Assembly (NCBI GenBank): GCA_965230295.1
Contig: OZ246001.1
Span: 3,104,001 to 3,168,000, forward strand
Direction of reading: 5' to 3'
Origin: Marinicella sp.
GTDB taxonomy: Bacteria > Pseudomonadota > Gammaproteobacteria > Xanthomonadales > Marinicellaceae
DNA length: 64,000 nt
The notes below the pieces were generated by a model. The model searched no databases, had not been told where the DNA came from, and worked only from the letters and a program-made list of their open reading frames with translations. This document shows, piece after piece, positions 10,817 to 21,283 of this stretch; within the stretch, counting starts at the first letter, position 1, and each line of letters opens with the position of its first letter. A program made the position numbers and the translations under genes.

Positions 10817-11047
10817 ATGTTAATTTTAACAAGAAGAGTTGGTGAAACGCTGATGATTGGTGATGATGTCACAGTCACAGTATTAGGCATCAAAGGAAAT
10901 CAGGTACGTATAGGTATCAATGCACCGAAAGAAATTGCTGTTCATCGAGAAGAAATCTATGAACGCATTAAGAACGAACAAGGTACTGATGCGCCAGCAG
11001 ACAGTCCCAGTGTTGAAATTGATGAAGACAATCTAGGCAACCAATAA
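10817..11047 (+). CDS. csrA: Carbon storage regulator CsrA/RsmA
   Basis: [24 protein letters not shown]...[10 protein letters not shown]; alaS-csrA-tRNA-Ser context. Confidence 0.99.
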   Translation: MLILTRRVGETLMIGDDVTVTVLGIKGNQVRIGINAPKEIAVHREEIYERIKNEQGTDAPADSPSVEIDEDNLGNQ

Positions 11048-11064
11048 ATCCAATTAAAATAGTG

Positions 11065-11100
11065 TTGCATTCTGAGTATATTGTCTTAAAATACTCGCCC
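11065..11100 (+). promoter_or_regulatory. Sigma70-type stable-RNA promoter
   Basis: TTGCAT-16 bp-TAAAAT followed by GC-rich ACTCGCCC; a second candidate TTGACT-17 bp-TATAAA lies at 11169-11197. Confidence 0.55.
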
Positions 11101-11218
11101 TCTGAATCTGATGATTCAAGAATTTTAATTAGAAGTTAACCAATGCTATTCAGGAGTTCTGAAAAGCATTGACTTGTTGCTGAAGCACAAGTATAAAAAA
11201 CACTCAGAACATGAATTT

Positions 11219-11322
11219 GGAGAGTTGGCCGAGCGGCTGACTAAAATGTCAGGAACATTTTAGCCCCGCGCAGCGGACCCTTCAGGGCGAAGGGCAGGAA
11301 GCCCGGAGTAAGGCGTCTCCCA
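11219..11322 (+). pseudogene. Duplicated 5' fragment of tRNA-Ser interrupted in the D-loop by a ~70-nt hairpin insert
   Basis: GGAGAGTTGGCCGAGCGGCTGA is identical to 11381-11402; insert 11241-11310; then AGGCGTCTCCC resumes the tRNA; leader also duplicated (162-bp offset). Confidence 0.85.
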
Positions 11323-11380
11323 TTGGGAGCGTATACTTGAAACTGAAGATCAAGTAAAAAAACATTCAGAACATGAATTT

Positions 11381-11471
11381 GGAGAGTTGGCCGAGCGGCT
11401 GAAGGCGCTCCCCTGCTAAGGGAGTATGGGTTAAAAGCTCATCGAGGGTTCGAATCCCTCACTCTCCGCCA
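11381..11471 (+). tRNA. tRNA-Ser(GCT)
   Basis: Cloverleaf with long variable arm, anticodon loop CT-GCT-AA, encoded CCA. Confidence 0.97.
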
Positions 11472-11945
11472 TATTTATTGAGTTCGCGGAGCGAACAGAA
11501 ATAAATATATAGGAAAGTGAAGGTTGAGAAGCCGAGGTTTGAAAAAAACGCCTGGAGCGTTTTTTATCGCCGCAGGCGCCGCGTAGCGGTGGAAACAGGA
11601 TGTTTCCAATAATCCCTCACTCTCCGCCATATTTATTGAGTTCGCGGAGCGAACAGAAATAAATATATAGGAAAGTGAAGGTTGAGAAGCCGAGGTTCGA
11701 AAAAAACGCCTGGAGCGTTTTTTATCGCCGCAGGCGCCGCGTAGCGGTGGAAACAGGATGTTTCCAATAATCCCTCACTCTCCGCCATATTTATTGAGTT
11801 CGCGGAGCGAACAGAAATAAATATATAGGAAAGTGAAGGTTGAGAAGCCGAGGTTCGAAAAAAACGCCTGGAGCGTTTTTTATCGCCGCAGGCGCCGCGT
11901 AGCGGTGGAAACAGGATGTTTCCAATAATCCCTCATGCTCCGTCC
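11453..11945 (+). repeat. Three tandem 158-bp tRNA-linked repeats (RtT-like), each beginning with the 3' 19 nt of tRNA-Ser
   Basis: AATCCCTCACTCTCCGCCA at 11453, 11611 and 11769, degenerate at 11927; units near-identical. Confidence 0.95.
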
Positions 11946-11993
11946 TATTTTTTTGGTGAAACACTGAACTGAATAAATAGCATAGAATTGTTG

Positions 11994-12022
11994 TTGACTT
12001 AAGTTTAAAAAAGCAAGATAAT
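11994..12022 (+). promoter_or_regulatory. Sigma70-type promoter of tRNA-Arg(ACG)
   Basis: TTGACT-17 bp-GATAAT just upstream of the tRNA. Confidence 0.6.
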
Positions 12023-12035
12023 TCGCAACCCTTGA

Positions 12036-12113
12036 GCGCCCGTAGCTCAGTTGGATCAGAGTACCTGGCTACGAACCAGGTGGTCGGAGGTTCGAATCCT
12101 TCCGGGCGCGCCA
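12036..12113 (+). tRNA. tRNA-Arg(ACG)
   Basis: Cloverleaf, anticodon arm CCTGG-CTACGAA-CCAGG, CCA end. Confidence 0.96.
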
Positions 12114-12248
12114 TTTTTAGATTGGCTTTTAAATACAATTTTATATCCAATCGTTCGTTGAAATATGAACAATAAACCTCATTTTATGATTGAACTTGGT
12201 GGTTTTAGGTATTAAAATTCGCCAGCTTGATGAAATGAGTGAATATGT

Positions 12249-12325
12249 CGGGGTATAGCGCAGCCTGGTAGCGCAACTGCTTTGGGAGCAGTGGGTCGGG
12301 AGTTCGAATCTCTCTACCCCGACCA
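12249..12325 (+). tRNA. tRNA-Pro(TGG)
   Basis: CGGGGTA acceptor, anticodon arm ACTGC-TTTGGGA-GCAGT, CCA end. Confidence 0.96.
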
Positions 12326-12343
12326 ATTTATGAAAACCGCAAT

Positions 12344-12420
12344 GCGCCCGTAGCTCAACCGGATAGAGCATCGGCCTTCTAAGCCGAGGGTTGCAGGTTC
12401 GAGTCCTGCCGGGCGCGCCA
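12344..12420 (+). tRNA. tRNA-Arg(TCT)
   Basis: Anticodon arm TCGGC-CTTCTAA-GCCGA, CCA end. Confidence 0.96.
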
Positions 12421-12436
12421 GGCGGGACAAAAATAT

Positions 12437-12513
12437 GGTGGCCGTAGTTCAGTTGGTAGAGCGCCAGATTGTGATTCTGGTTGTCGTGGGTTCGAGCCCC
12501 ATCGGCCACCCCA
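12437..12513 (+). tRNA. tRNA-His(GTG)
   Basis: Anticodon arm CCAGA-TTGTGAT-TCTGG, G-1 present, CCA end. Confidence 0.96.
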
Positions 12514-12571
12514 TATTCATTCCTCATCTCGGGCTTTTTATAGAATTAACATGCCCAAAATTTACAAACAA

Positions 12572-12657
<86 letters not shown>

Positions 12658-12683
12658 AACATTGATTTACACGTGGAGTTAAG

Positions 12684-13988
12684 ATGCAAATCTCAATTGA
12701 TCAGTCTGAAGGTTTAGAACGTTTAGTAAACATCGCTTTAGAGCCTAATGATATTCAGTCAAAAGTTGACGCAAAATTGGTAGAACTTGGTAAAGAAGTC
12801 AGATTAAAAGGCTTCAGACAAGGCCGGGTACCAAAGAACATACTGAAACAAAGATTTGGTCAGCACGCCAGACAAGAAGTTTTGGGCCAATTGATGCAAG
12901 ATTCAATTGAGCAAGCCATCAAAGACAATGAGTTGGAAATCATCGCAGCACCAGAAGTTGTTAAAGCTGATGACACCGATAATGGTGGATTTGAGTTCCA
13001 GGCTAAAGTTGAATTGATGCCTCAAGTTCCTGGAATAGAATTTGACAAAATTAAAATCGAAAAGCAAGTTGCCGAAGTCACTGAAAAAGACATTGATGGC
13101 ATGATCAAGAACTTGCAAAAACAAAAGCAAGATTGGAAAGAAAGCAAAGGAAAGATTGCCAATAAAGATTTGGTAACCATTGAGTACAGCGCCAAAGGAA
13201 AAGGGTTCACCTATCCTGAAAAGGGCACTGAGAAAATGGGCGTATTGTTGGGTGAAAGCAAAATTCCAGATGAGTTGAAGAATGCTTTGGTTGGCTTGAA
13301 GCAAAAAGAAAATGCGGAACTTGAGTTGACATTCCCTGAAGACTTTAATGTGGCTGATTTGGCCGGTAAGAAAGCAAAATTAAATTTTGAAGTTACCGAT
13401 GTCAGGAAAGCCAAACTACCTAAAATTGATGAAGAATTCGTGAAGTCATTCGGCGTCGAAAGTGGCAAAGAAGAAGATTTCAGGAATGACATCAAAAAGA
13501 ATTTAGACCGTGAATTGTCTCAAGCAGTTAACAACACATTCAAAACCAATGCATTATCCAAGTTACGCGAAGCAGCCAAAGAAACCCTGTTGCCCGAGTC
13601 AATGATCACCAAAGAAAGTCAGCACATGGCACTACAAGAACAGCAAAGAGCCAAACAAATGGGCCAAGCTGAAGCGCCATTGCGTGAAGCCAGTGAATTT
13701 GTCGATGCAGCAAAAGAACGTATATTAAACACCCTGATTATCCAGGATGTGGCCAGAAAGCAAGAAATCAAAACCGATTTTGCTCAAGTGCGTGAACAAA
13801 TCAATGAAATTGCACAAACATTTGAGCAGCCTCAAGAAGTGATACAAATGTATTATCAAAACCAAGACTTGATGGCCAGCATTGAACAAAATGTGATTGA
13901 ATCACAAGTTATGGAATGGATTGAATCACAAGTGGCTATCAAAGAAAAGAAAATGTCATTTGATGACATCATGAAACCAACTGCGTAA
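12684..13988 (+). CDS. tig: Trigger factor
   Basis: KGFRQGRVP ribosome-binding motif, FKBP-like middle domain, precedes clpP. Confidence 0.96.
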   Translation: MQISIDQSEGLERLVNIALEPNDIQSKVDAKLVELGKEVRLKGFRQGRVPKNILKQRFGQHARQEVLGQLMQDSIEQAIKDNELEIIAAPEVVKADDTDNGGFEFQAKVELMPQVPGIEFDKIKIEKQVAEVTEKDIDGMIKNLQKQKQDWKESKGKIANKDLVTIEYSAKGKGFTYPEKGTEKMGVLLGESKIPDELKNALVGLKQKENAELELTFPEDFNVADLAGKKAKLNFEVTDVRKAKLPKIDEEFVKSFGVESGKEEDFRNDIKKNLDRELSQAVNNTFKTNALSKLREAAKETLLPESMITKESQHMALQEQQRAKQMGQAEAPLREASEFVDAAKERILNTLIIQDVARKQEIKTDFAQVREQINEIAQTFEQPQEVIQMYYQNQDLMASIEQNVIESQVMEWIESQVAIKEKKMSFDDIMKPTA

Positions 13989-13993
13989 AACTT

Positions 13994-14596
13994 ATGAAGC
14001 ATATTGAAGAAGCAATGAATTTAGTTCCCATGGTTATTGAGAGAACGGCCCGAGGAGAGCGTTCTTTCGATATTTATTCACGCTTACTCAAGGAGCGCAT
14101 CATTTTTATGGTGGGCCAGGTGGAAGACCACATGGCCAATTTGGTGGTGGCACAATTGTTGTTTTTGGAAGCAGACAATCCTGATAAAGACATCAGTTTA
14201 TACATCAACAGCCCAGGCGGTGTTATTACTGCCGGGATGTCGGTTTATGACACCATGCAATTCATCAAGCCAGATGTCAGTACCATGTGTATTGGCCAAG
14301 CAGCCAGTATGGGGGCCTTCTTGTTGAATGCCGGTGCTGAAGGTAAGCGTTATGCTTTGCCTAATTCAAGGGTGATGATTCACCAACCTTCAGGTGGTTT
14401 TCAAGGTCAAGCTTCTGATATTGATATCCAGGCTCAAGAAATTTTGAAAATTAAGAAAAAGATGAATGAATTGATGGCGAAGCATTCTGGGCAGTCAGTT
14501 GAGCGCATCCAGAAAGACACCAATCGAGATCATTTTTTGAGTGCAGATGAAGCAAAAGAATATGGTTTGATTGATCAAGTCATTGAGACTCGATAA
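13994..14596 (+). CDS. clpP: ATP-dependent Clp protease proteolytic subunit
   Basis: [31 protein letters not shown]. Confidence 0.99.
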   Translation: MKHIEEAMNLVPMVIERTARGERSFDIYSRLLKERIIFMVGQVEDHMANLVVAQLLFLEADNPDKDISLYINSPGGVITAGMSVYDTMQFIKPDVSTMCIGQAASMGAFLLNAGAEGKRYALPNSRVMIHQPSGGFQGQASDIDIQAQEILKIKKKMNELMAKHSGQSVERIQKDTNRDHFLSADEAKEYGLIDQVIETR

Positions 14597-14615
14597 GTCC
14601 ACACTGTTGATTTTC

Positions 14616-14656
14616 AAAACCACATTTTAAGTCTTTGAAGTGTGGTTTTTTATTTT
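14616..14656 (+). terminator. Intrinsic terminator after clpP
   Basis: AAAACCACATTTTAA/TTGAAGTGTGGTTTT stem followed by a T-run. Confidence 0.6.
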
Positions 14657-14742
14657 CCGGTGGGAAAAATTTACATGTTTGGAGAATAGTTTGCGCTGAT
14701 TTTAGCAATCTACCTATTTGTGTCAACTGAACATCAATTGCC

Positions 14743-14770
14743 CTTGAATAACAGACCAAAAGCCGCATAT
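14743..14770 (+). promoter_or_regulatory. Sigma32-type heat-shock promoter for clpX-lon
   Basis: CTTGAA-14 bp-CCGCATAT versus consensus CTTGAA-N13-17-CCCCATNT. Confidence 0.6.
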
Positions 14771-14866
14771 TACCCCCAATTAATACAGTATTTGATCGCA
14801 TCACTGTATCCAGCAGCGATCAATTTTTGTATCATATCTATATTACAATTAAATTAAATCAGATCA

Positions 14867-16126
14867 ATGAGTGAAAACAAAGGTTTAGAAGAAGTCAAAC
14901 ATTGCAGTTTTTGTGGCAAAAGCCAACAAGAGGTCACAAAATTAATCGCTGGACCCAGTGTGTTCATTTGTGACGAGTGCGTAGACTTGTGTAATGAAAT
15001 CATCCGTGACGAAATGGAAGACACGTTGGCTGAAAGCCTGGAAGATTTACCAACACCCAAAAGGATTCATGAGCTGTTAAATGAATACGTCATTGGTCAA
15101 GAGACAGCCAAGAAAGTTTTGGCTGTAGCCGTTTACAATCACTATAAAAGAATCAGGTCTAATCACGCTGATGCCGATGAGGTTGAATTGTCAAAATCAA
15201 ACATCTTATTGGTAGGGCCAACCGGTTCAGGTAAAACTTTGTTGGCTGAAACATTAGCACGAATTTTAAATGTACCTTTTACCATTGCTGATGCCACCAC
15301 CTTAACCGAAGCTGGGTATGTGGGTGAAGATGTTGAAAACATCATCCAAAAGTTGTTGCAAAATTGTGATTATGATGTTGATAAAGCTGAATCAGGTATT
15401 ATTTACATTGATGAAATTGATAAAGTATCCAGAAAATCAGAAAATCCTTCAATCACCCGAGATGTTTCCGGGGAAGGTGTGCAGCAAGCCTTGTTGAAGC
15501 TGATTGAAGGAACTGTAGCCTCCATACCACCACAAGGTGGCAGGAAGCACCCACAACAAGAATTTTTACAAGTGAACACCAAAAATATATTGTTCATTTG
15601 TGGTGGTGCATTTTCCGGATTGGAAAAAATCATTCAAGAACGTTCTGTTAAAACCGGCATTGGTTTTTCAGCAGAAGTGTCTTCCCAATTAGAAAATGAA
15701 GCTGAATTGGCCATTTTTAAAGGATTAGAATCTGATGATCTGGTCAAATATGGTTTGATTCCAGAGTTTGTTGGACGATTACCCGTATCAGCAACACTTG
15801 AACGGTTGGATGAAAGTGCTTTGATCAGAATATTGAAAGAGCCCAAAAATGCCATCTCAAAACAGTTCATGCGATTGTTCGATATGGAAAATGTTGAGTT
15901 AGAAATTCGAGAAGATGCCTATGATGCCATTGCGAAATTGGCCTTGGCACGAAAAACCGGTGCCCGTGGTTTGAGAACCATCATGGAATCGGCATTATTG
16001 GACATCATGTATGAATTACCTGATCAGGAAAACATTGAAAAAGTTGTCATTGATCGTGCTGTCATCGAAGACGGTAACAAACCTTATTTGGTATACGGGA
16101 AAATCCCGAACCAGAAAACTGAATAA
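14867..16126 (+). CDS. clpX: ATP-dependent Clp protease ATPase subunit
   Basis: CSFCGKS zinc finger, [11 protein letters not shown] loop. Confidence 0.99.
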   Translation: MSENKGLEEVKHCSFCGKSQQEVTKLIAGPSVFICDECVDLCNEIIRDEMEDTLAESLEDLPTPKRIHELLNEYVIGQETAKKVLAVAVYNHYKRIRSNHADADEVELSKSNILLVGPTGSGKTLLAETLARILNVPFTIADATTLTEAGYVGEDVENIIQKLLQNCDYDVDKAESGIIYIDEIDKVSRKSENPSITRDVSGEGVQQALLKLIEGTVASIPPQGGRKHPQQEFLQVNTKNILFICGGAFSGLEKIIQERSVKTGIGFSAEVSSQLENEAELAIFKGLESDDLVKYGLIPEFVGRLPVSATLERLDESALIRILKEPKNAISKQFMRLFDMENVELEIREDAYDAIAKLALARKTGARGLRTIMESALLDIMYELPDQENIEKVVIDRAVIEDGNKPYLVYGKIPNQKTE

Positions 16127-16140
16127 TAGAAAACACTGAT

Positions 16141-18555
16141 ATGCAAAACCCACAAAATAAAGCATCTGTATTACCACTGAGAGATGTGGTGATTTTCCCT
16201 GGCATGGTGGTTCCTCTGTTTGTAGGCAGAGAGAAATCTGTTTTGGCATTAGAAAATGCCATGAAAAACAATTCCCCTGTGGTCTTGGTCGCACAAAAAC
16301 AATCAGAGATTGATGATCCTCAAGCCGATGATGTTTACTCAATTGGTACCTTGTCATCAATTTTACAAATGGTTAAGTTGCAAGATGGTACTCATAAAGT
16401 CTTGATTGAAGGTAAAGTCAGGGTCCGTATCAGCGATTTAGAAGACAGTGGGTATTTCCAAGCCAATTACACTGAATTAAAAACCAATGCCAGCATCGCC
16501 GACAATGAAGCGATGGCACTGAAAAGGGCGTTGCGTGATCGCTTTAAAGATTACGTCAAAAAGCACAAAAAGATCCCAAAGGAAATCACCAACAACATCA
16601 CCAATATTGAGGATTTGTCAAAATTAACCGACACTGTATCAGCTCATTTGGTCATCAAACATCAGGAAAAACAAAAGCTGCTTGAGATGCTCGATGAGAC
16701 CGAGCGGTTAGAACACATACTGGCCATGATCGAAGCCGAATTGGAGTTGATTGTCATGGAGAAGAAAATTCGCGGTCGAGTTAAAGGTCAAATTGAAAAG
16801 AATCAGCGTGAATATTACCTCAATGAACAAATCAAAGCGATCAAAAAAGAGTTGACCGATATTGATGAATCTCATTCTGAGTTTGCTGATTTAGAAAAGA
16901 AAATCAATGAAACTCAGTTGTCAGAATCAGCGCAAGAAAAAGTAGACGCAGAGTTCAAGAAGTTACAGATGATGTCACCCATGTCAGCTGAGGCCACCGT
17001 TGTTAGGAACTATTTAGACACCATATTGGCTTTACCATGGCAACAGCGCAGTCAATTGAAGCTGGATTTATCTTATGCCAAAAAGGTGTTAGATGAAGAT
17101 CATTATGGGTTGGAAGAAATCAAGGAAAGGATCCTTGAGTATTTAGCGGTTCAACAAAGAACCCCCAAAATGAAAGGTGCCATCATGTGTTTGGTGGGCC
17201 CGCCAGGTGTGGGTAAAACTTCATTGGGTAAATCAATTGCCAAAGCAACCAACAGAAAGTTCAGTCGTTTCTCACTGGGTGGGGTGTCTGATGAATCTGA
17301 GATTCGAGGCCATCGAAGAACTTATATTGGTTCAATGCCTGGACGTGTTATCCAGAACATCACCAAAGCCAAAAAATGTAATCCAGTGATGATTCTGGAT
17401 GAGTTGGATAAGATGTCTCGTGATTTCAGGGGTGACCCTGCGGCTGCTTTGTTAGAAGTCTTAGACCCGGAACAAAACAGCGCATTTACCGATCATTACT
17501 TGGAAGTTGATTTTGATTTATCAGAAGTGATGTTCATAGCAACGGCCAATTCTTTAAACATTCCTGCTCCTTTGCGAGATCGCATGGAAATCATCAGAAT
17601 TCCAGGCTATACGGAAGAAGAAAAAATTGAAATTGCGGTGCGTTATTTATTGCCAAAGCAATTGAAGGCACATGGCTTGAAAAAATCAGAAGTTAAATTG
17701 TCCAAAGCGGCCATTAAAGACATAGTCCGTTACTATACCCGAGAGTCTGGTGTGCGAAATTTGGAGCGAGAAATTGCTAAAATTTCACGAAAAGCAGTGA
17801 AACAATTGTTGACTGATAAGAAACTAAAAACCATCAGTGTATCGGTTAAAAATTTGACTGAATACTTGGGAGTCAGAAAGGTCAGTTTCGGCGTGGCTGA
17901 AAAAGCCAATGAAGTGGGCATTGTTACTGGATTGGCCTGGACTGAGGTCGGCGGTGATTTATTGCAGATTGAAGCTGCTGTGTACCCAGGTTCTGGCAAA
18001 CTTAACTTAACGGGTCATTTGGGCAATGTGATGAAAGAATCCATACAAACGGCCTTGTCAGTGGTTAAGTCCAGAGCGGCACTGTTTGGCGTTCCTGCTG
18101 AAATATTCAACAAGAACGACATCCATGTGCATGTGCCAGAAGGAGCCACTCCCAAAGATGGTCCCAGCGCGGGAATTGGCATGTGTACTGCTTTGGTTTC
18201 AGCATTGAGCAATAACCCGGTTAAGTCAGCAGTTGCCATGACCGGTGAAATCACCTTGCGTGGTCGTGTTTTGGCGATTGGTGGCTTGAAAGAAAAATTA
18301 CTGGCTGCTCTTCGTGGTGGTGTTAAAACAGTCATCATCCCTAAAGAAAATGAAAAGAATTTAGCTGAATTGCCTCCTCAAATCACAAAAAACCTGGAAA
18401 TCATACCTGTGAAGTGGATCGATGAGGTGCTTACTTTGGCTTTATCTCAGAAAATTAAACTCATTACACCCATTGAAGAAGATTCTGAAAAGAAAAAAAG
18501 TGATGTGAGTCTGATTAAAAAGGACGAAAACATCAGTAATGAAAAAAGTCATTAA
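16141..18555 (+). CDS. lon: Lon protease
   Basis: LPLRDVV N-domain, GPPGVGKTS, PKDGPSAG catalytic Ser. Confidence 0.99.
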   Translation: MQNPQNKASVLPLRDVVIFPGMVVPLFVGREKSVLALENAMKNNSPVVLVAQKQSEIDDPQADDVYSIGTLSSILQMVKLQDGTHKVLIEGKVRVRISDLEDSGYFQANYTELKTNASIADNEAMALKRALRDRFKDYVKKHKKIPKEITNNITNIEDLSKLTDTVSAHLVIKHQEKQKLLEMLDETERLEHILAMIEAELELIVMEKKIRGRVKGQIEKNQREYYLNEQIKAIKKELTDIDESHSEFADLEKKINETQLSESAQEKVDAEFKKLQMMSPMSAEATVVRNYLDTILALPWQQRSQLKLDLSYAKKVLDEDHYGLEEIKERILEYLAVQQRTPKMKGAIMCLVGPPGVGKTSLGKSIAKATNRKFSRFSLGGVSDESEIRGHRRTYIGSMPGRVIQNITKAKKCNPVMILDELDKMSRDFRGDPAAALLEVLDPEQNSAFTDHYLEVDFDLSEVMFIATANSLNIPAPLRDRMEIIRIPGYTEEEKIEIAVRYLLPKQLKAHGLKKSEVKLSKAAIKDIVRYYTRESGVRNLEREIAKISRKAVKQLLTDKKLKTISVSVKNLTEYLGVRKVSFGVAEKANEVGIVTGLAWTEVGGDLLQIEAAVYPGSGKLNLTGHLGNVMKESIQTALSVVKSRAALFGVPAEIFNKNDIHVHVPEGATPKDGPSAGIGMCTALVSALSNNPVKSAVAMTGEITLRGRVLAIGGLKEKLLAALRGGVKTVIIPKENEKNLAELPPQITKNLEIIPVKWIDEVLTLALSQKIKLITPIEEDSEKKKSDVSLIKKDENISNEKSH

Positions 18556-18797
18556 CAATGAATGATTAAAGCGTATTTGTTAATGTGATTTTTTGTGTTA
18601 TTTTTTGATCTATATCCCACTATTTTACAAATTATAACTTGCTTATGAAATCAAGCTATGCTTGGGATTGCGATGGTTTTTGGGCTTAAAAAAAATAATA
18701 AAAATATATTAGCAAAACCGCCTCAAACTGTTATAAAATGCGCCTTTCTTGACGTTGATGTCAATTATTAAAAATAACAAGACGAAGGAGTTACACA

Positions 18798-19070
18798 ATG
18801 AAAAAACAAGATTTTATCAAAGCTGTTGCTGACAGTGCGAATGTATCACAATCTACTGCTGCTGACTGTTTTGATGCTGTGGTTGATACCATCACTTCAT
18901 CATTGAAAAAAGGTGAAAAATTAACTTTTGTTGGTTTTGGAACTTTTGCTGTAAAAGAGCGTGCTGCTAGACAAGGACGTAACCCAAGAACTGGTGCCAC
19001 CATCCAAATTGCTGCTGCAAAAATTCCATCATTTAAAGCTGGTAAAGCATTAAAAGACGCAGTAAACTAA
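18798..19070 (+). CDS. hupB: DNA-binding protein HU
   Basis: GFGTF...RAARQGRNPRTG; lon-hupB-ppiD synteny. Confidence 0.93.
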   Translation: MKKQDFIKAVADSANVSQSTAADCFDAVVDTITSSLKKGEKLTFVGFGTFAVKERAARQGRNPRTGATIQIAAAKIPSFKAGKALKDAVN

Positions 19071-19082
19071 CGCCCCTGAATC

Positions 19083-19158
19083 GGGTGCTTAGCTCAGCTG
19101 GGAGAGCATCGCCCTTACAAGGCGAGGGTCGGGGGTTCGATCCCCTCAGCACCCACCA
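19083..19158 (+). tRNA. tRNA-Val(TAC)
   Basis: Anticodon arm TCGCC-CTTACAA-GGCGA, CCA end. Confidence 0.96.
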
Positions 19159-19163
19159 GATTC

Positions 19164-19240
19164 GGAGCGGTAGTTCAGTTGGTTAGAATACCGGCCTGTC
19201 ACGCCGGGGGTCGCGGGTTCGAGTCCCGTCCGCTCCGCCA
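19164..19240 (+). tRNA. tRNA-Asp(GTC)
   Basis: GGAGCGG acceptor, anticodon arm CCGGC-CTGTCAC-GCCGG, CCA end. Confidence 0.97.
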
Positions 19241-19248
19241 TACAAAAG

Positions 19249-19278
19249 AAGGGTGTCATTGTGACACCCTTTTTTTTT
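19249..19278 (+). terminator. Intrinsic terminator after tRNA-Asp
   Basis: AAGGGTGTCA-TTG-TGACACCCTT plus T-run. Confidence 0.85.
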
Positions 19279-19303
19279 AAGAAACTTTTATGTGATTTAA
19301 ACT

Positions 19304-21208
19304 ATGTTAACTTGGATAAGAAAAAAATCTACAGGACTTTTCATGACACTGGTCATGATTTTATTGATTGCGGCATTTGCTTTGTGGGGAGTGGGTGACT
19401 ATTTTACACAGTCAGGTAATGACACCATTGCTACAGTCAATGGAGAAGTCATTACATACACCGATTTCAACAGTCAATTCAGCACCCAACGACAACAAAT
19501 GATGGCTCAATATGGTGAGGGTTTGGATCCCAGTGTATTCGACTCACCCATGATGCGCAGAAATTTTCTTGAGTCAATGATCAACAGTGAATTGGTGAGA
19601 CAAGTGGCTCATGACAACGGATATACCGTAACTGCTGATGAAATTCGCCAAACCATTGAATCGGCCCCTGCCTTTAAAGATGAAAATGGACAGTTTGATA
19701 AATCACTTTATGCAGCCTTCTTAAGTCAAACCAACCAGTCTGCACAATTACTACAAATGAAGATTGCTGAAGAGCAAGCTGGTCAGGCATTGAATGGGAT
19801 GTTTTCTACATCGGCATTCATTACACCATTTGAAGAAAAGAAAATGGCTCAGCTTAATAAGCAAACCAGAGACATTGAGTATGTGACCATTTCACCGAGT
19901 GACTTTTTAGAACAATCAACCATCAGTGATGAAGAGATACAAAGTTATTTTGATGAAAACTCAAGTCAATACATGACCGATGAAATGGTGGCTGTTAATT
20001 ACATAGAGTTAAACGCTCAAGATGTTGCACAGGGTATTGAAATTTCTGAAGCCGATGCATTGGAATATTTCGAGGCCAACAGAAGTGCTTATGTTCAACC
20101 CGAACAAAGACTGGCATCACACATTTTATTGAACAACGATGACTCATCTGATGAAGTACTGGCTGAAGTCCAGGCTAAACTGGCTGCTGGTGAAGAATTT
20201 GCAGAGCTGGCTAAAACATATTCACAAGACCCGGGTTCTGGTGCTGCCGGCGGCGATTTAGGCTGGGTGGTTCCTGGCGACATGGTTGAAGAGTTCGAAA
20301 CGGCTTTGTTTGCCATGGATCTTAACACTGTCAGTGAACCGGTTGAAACCCAGTTTGGTATTCATTTGATCCAATTGAATGACATCAAAGAAGAAACGGG
20401 TGAAGTTTACGAGGCCGTAAAAGAAGACATCATTGCCGCCCTACAGGCGCAAGATTCAGAGTCTTTATTCCTGGACCAGGCCAGTCAATTGGCTGAGGCG
20501 GTACTTGATGCGCAAAGTGGTTTAGAAGATGTGGCTGAGTCAATGGGTTATGAAATGAAAACCACAGAACTGTTTCCACGCACTGGTGGTGAAGGTGTCA
20601 GCAGCAATGTCGAATTCATCAAAGCTGCTTTCTCTTCAACGGTGAAAGATGAATTGATGAATTCAGATTTGATCAACCTTTCTGATACCCATGTTGCTTT
20701 TGTTCATATCAATGAAATCAAAGATGCGGAAGTCAAGCCACTTGAAGAAGTGAAAGAAGCCATTGAGGTCACTTTGAAAAATGAAAAAGCCAATGAAGCG
20801 GCAAGTGAGTTAGCTCAAACCTTGGTAGACCTGTATCAGGATAATGAACAAACGTTGGCTGAAGTTGCGGCGTCCTATGAAACAGAAGCACAAACAGCTG
20901 AAGCTGTGACCCGTGTGGGATCATCTTTGCCATTTAATCTGGTCAAAGAAGTTTTTGAGTTAAGTCGTCCAGTTGAAGGCAACAAAAAAGCACATGTCTT
21001 GACTGGCAATGGCAATGATGTTGTTGTGGTTAATCTATTGTCTGTCAATGATGTAGACCTTGAAACTTTAGAAAACATTCAAGCAGAAGGTGTTCAACTC
21101 AGCAGAAACATCAGGAATAACGAACAACAGTTGTTAATCCAGGCTTTGCGAGAATCTGCCAGTGTGACCATCAATGAAGATTTGTTGAATCAGATTAATA
21201 ACTTGTAA
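19304..21208 (+). CDS. ppiD: Periplasmic chaperone/peptidyl-prolyl isomerase PpiD
   Basis: N-terminal TM, SurA-like domain, parvulin motifs ASHIL, SQDPGS, GGDLGW, ETQFGIH. Confidence 0.93.
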   Translation: MLTWIRKKSTGLFMTLVMILLIAAFALWGVGDYFTQSGNDTIATVNGEVITYTDFNSQFSTQRQQMMAQYGEGLDPSVFDSPMMRRNFLESMINSELVRQVAHDNGYTVTADEIRQTIESAPAFKDENGQFDKSLYAAFLSQTNQSAQLLQMKIAEEQAGQALNGMFSTSAFITPFEEKKMAQLNKQTRDIEYVTISPSDFLEQSTISDEEIQSYFDENSSQYMTDEMVAVNYIELNAQDVAQGIEISEADALEYFEANRSAYVQPEQRLASHILLNNDDSSDEVLAEVQAKLAAGEEFAELAKTYSQDPGSGAAGGDLGWVVPGDMVEEFETALFAMDLNTVSEPVETQFGIHLIQLNDIKEETGEVYEAVKEDIIAALQAQDSESLFLDQASQLAEAVLDAQSGLEDVAESMGYEMKTTELFPRTGGEGVSSNVEFIKAAFSSTVKDELMNSDLINLSDTHVAFVHINEIKDAEVKPLEEVKEAIEVTLKNEKANEAASELAQTLVDLYQDNEQTLAEVAASYETEAQTAEAVTRVGSSLPFNLVKEVFELSRPVEGNKKAHVLTGNGNDVVVVNLLSVNDVDLETLENIQAEGVQLSRNIRNNEQQLLIQALRESASVTINEDLLNQINNL

Positions 21209-21228
21209 CTGAATTTATCTTCTTCAAT

Positions 21229-21256
21229 AAAAAAGGAGCCAATGGCTCCTTTTTTT
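21229..21256. terminator. Bidirectional intrinsic terminator
   Basis: AAAAAAGGAGCC-AAT-GGCTCCTTTTTTT between convergent genes. Confidence 0.85.
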
Positions 21257-21283
21257 ATGCTTCTCTTTAGTCGGTTGTTAGGG

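Noticed and set aside
11453-11945. Possible CRISPR array
   Set aside because: Units are 158-bp near-identical tandem copies with no unique spacers, and no cas genes are present
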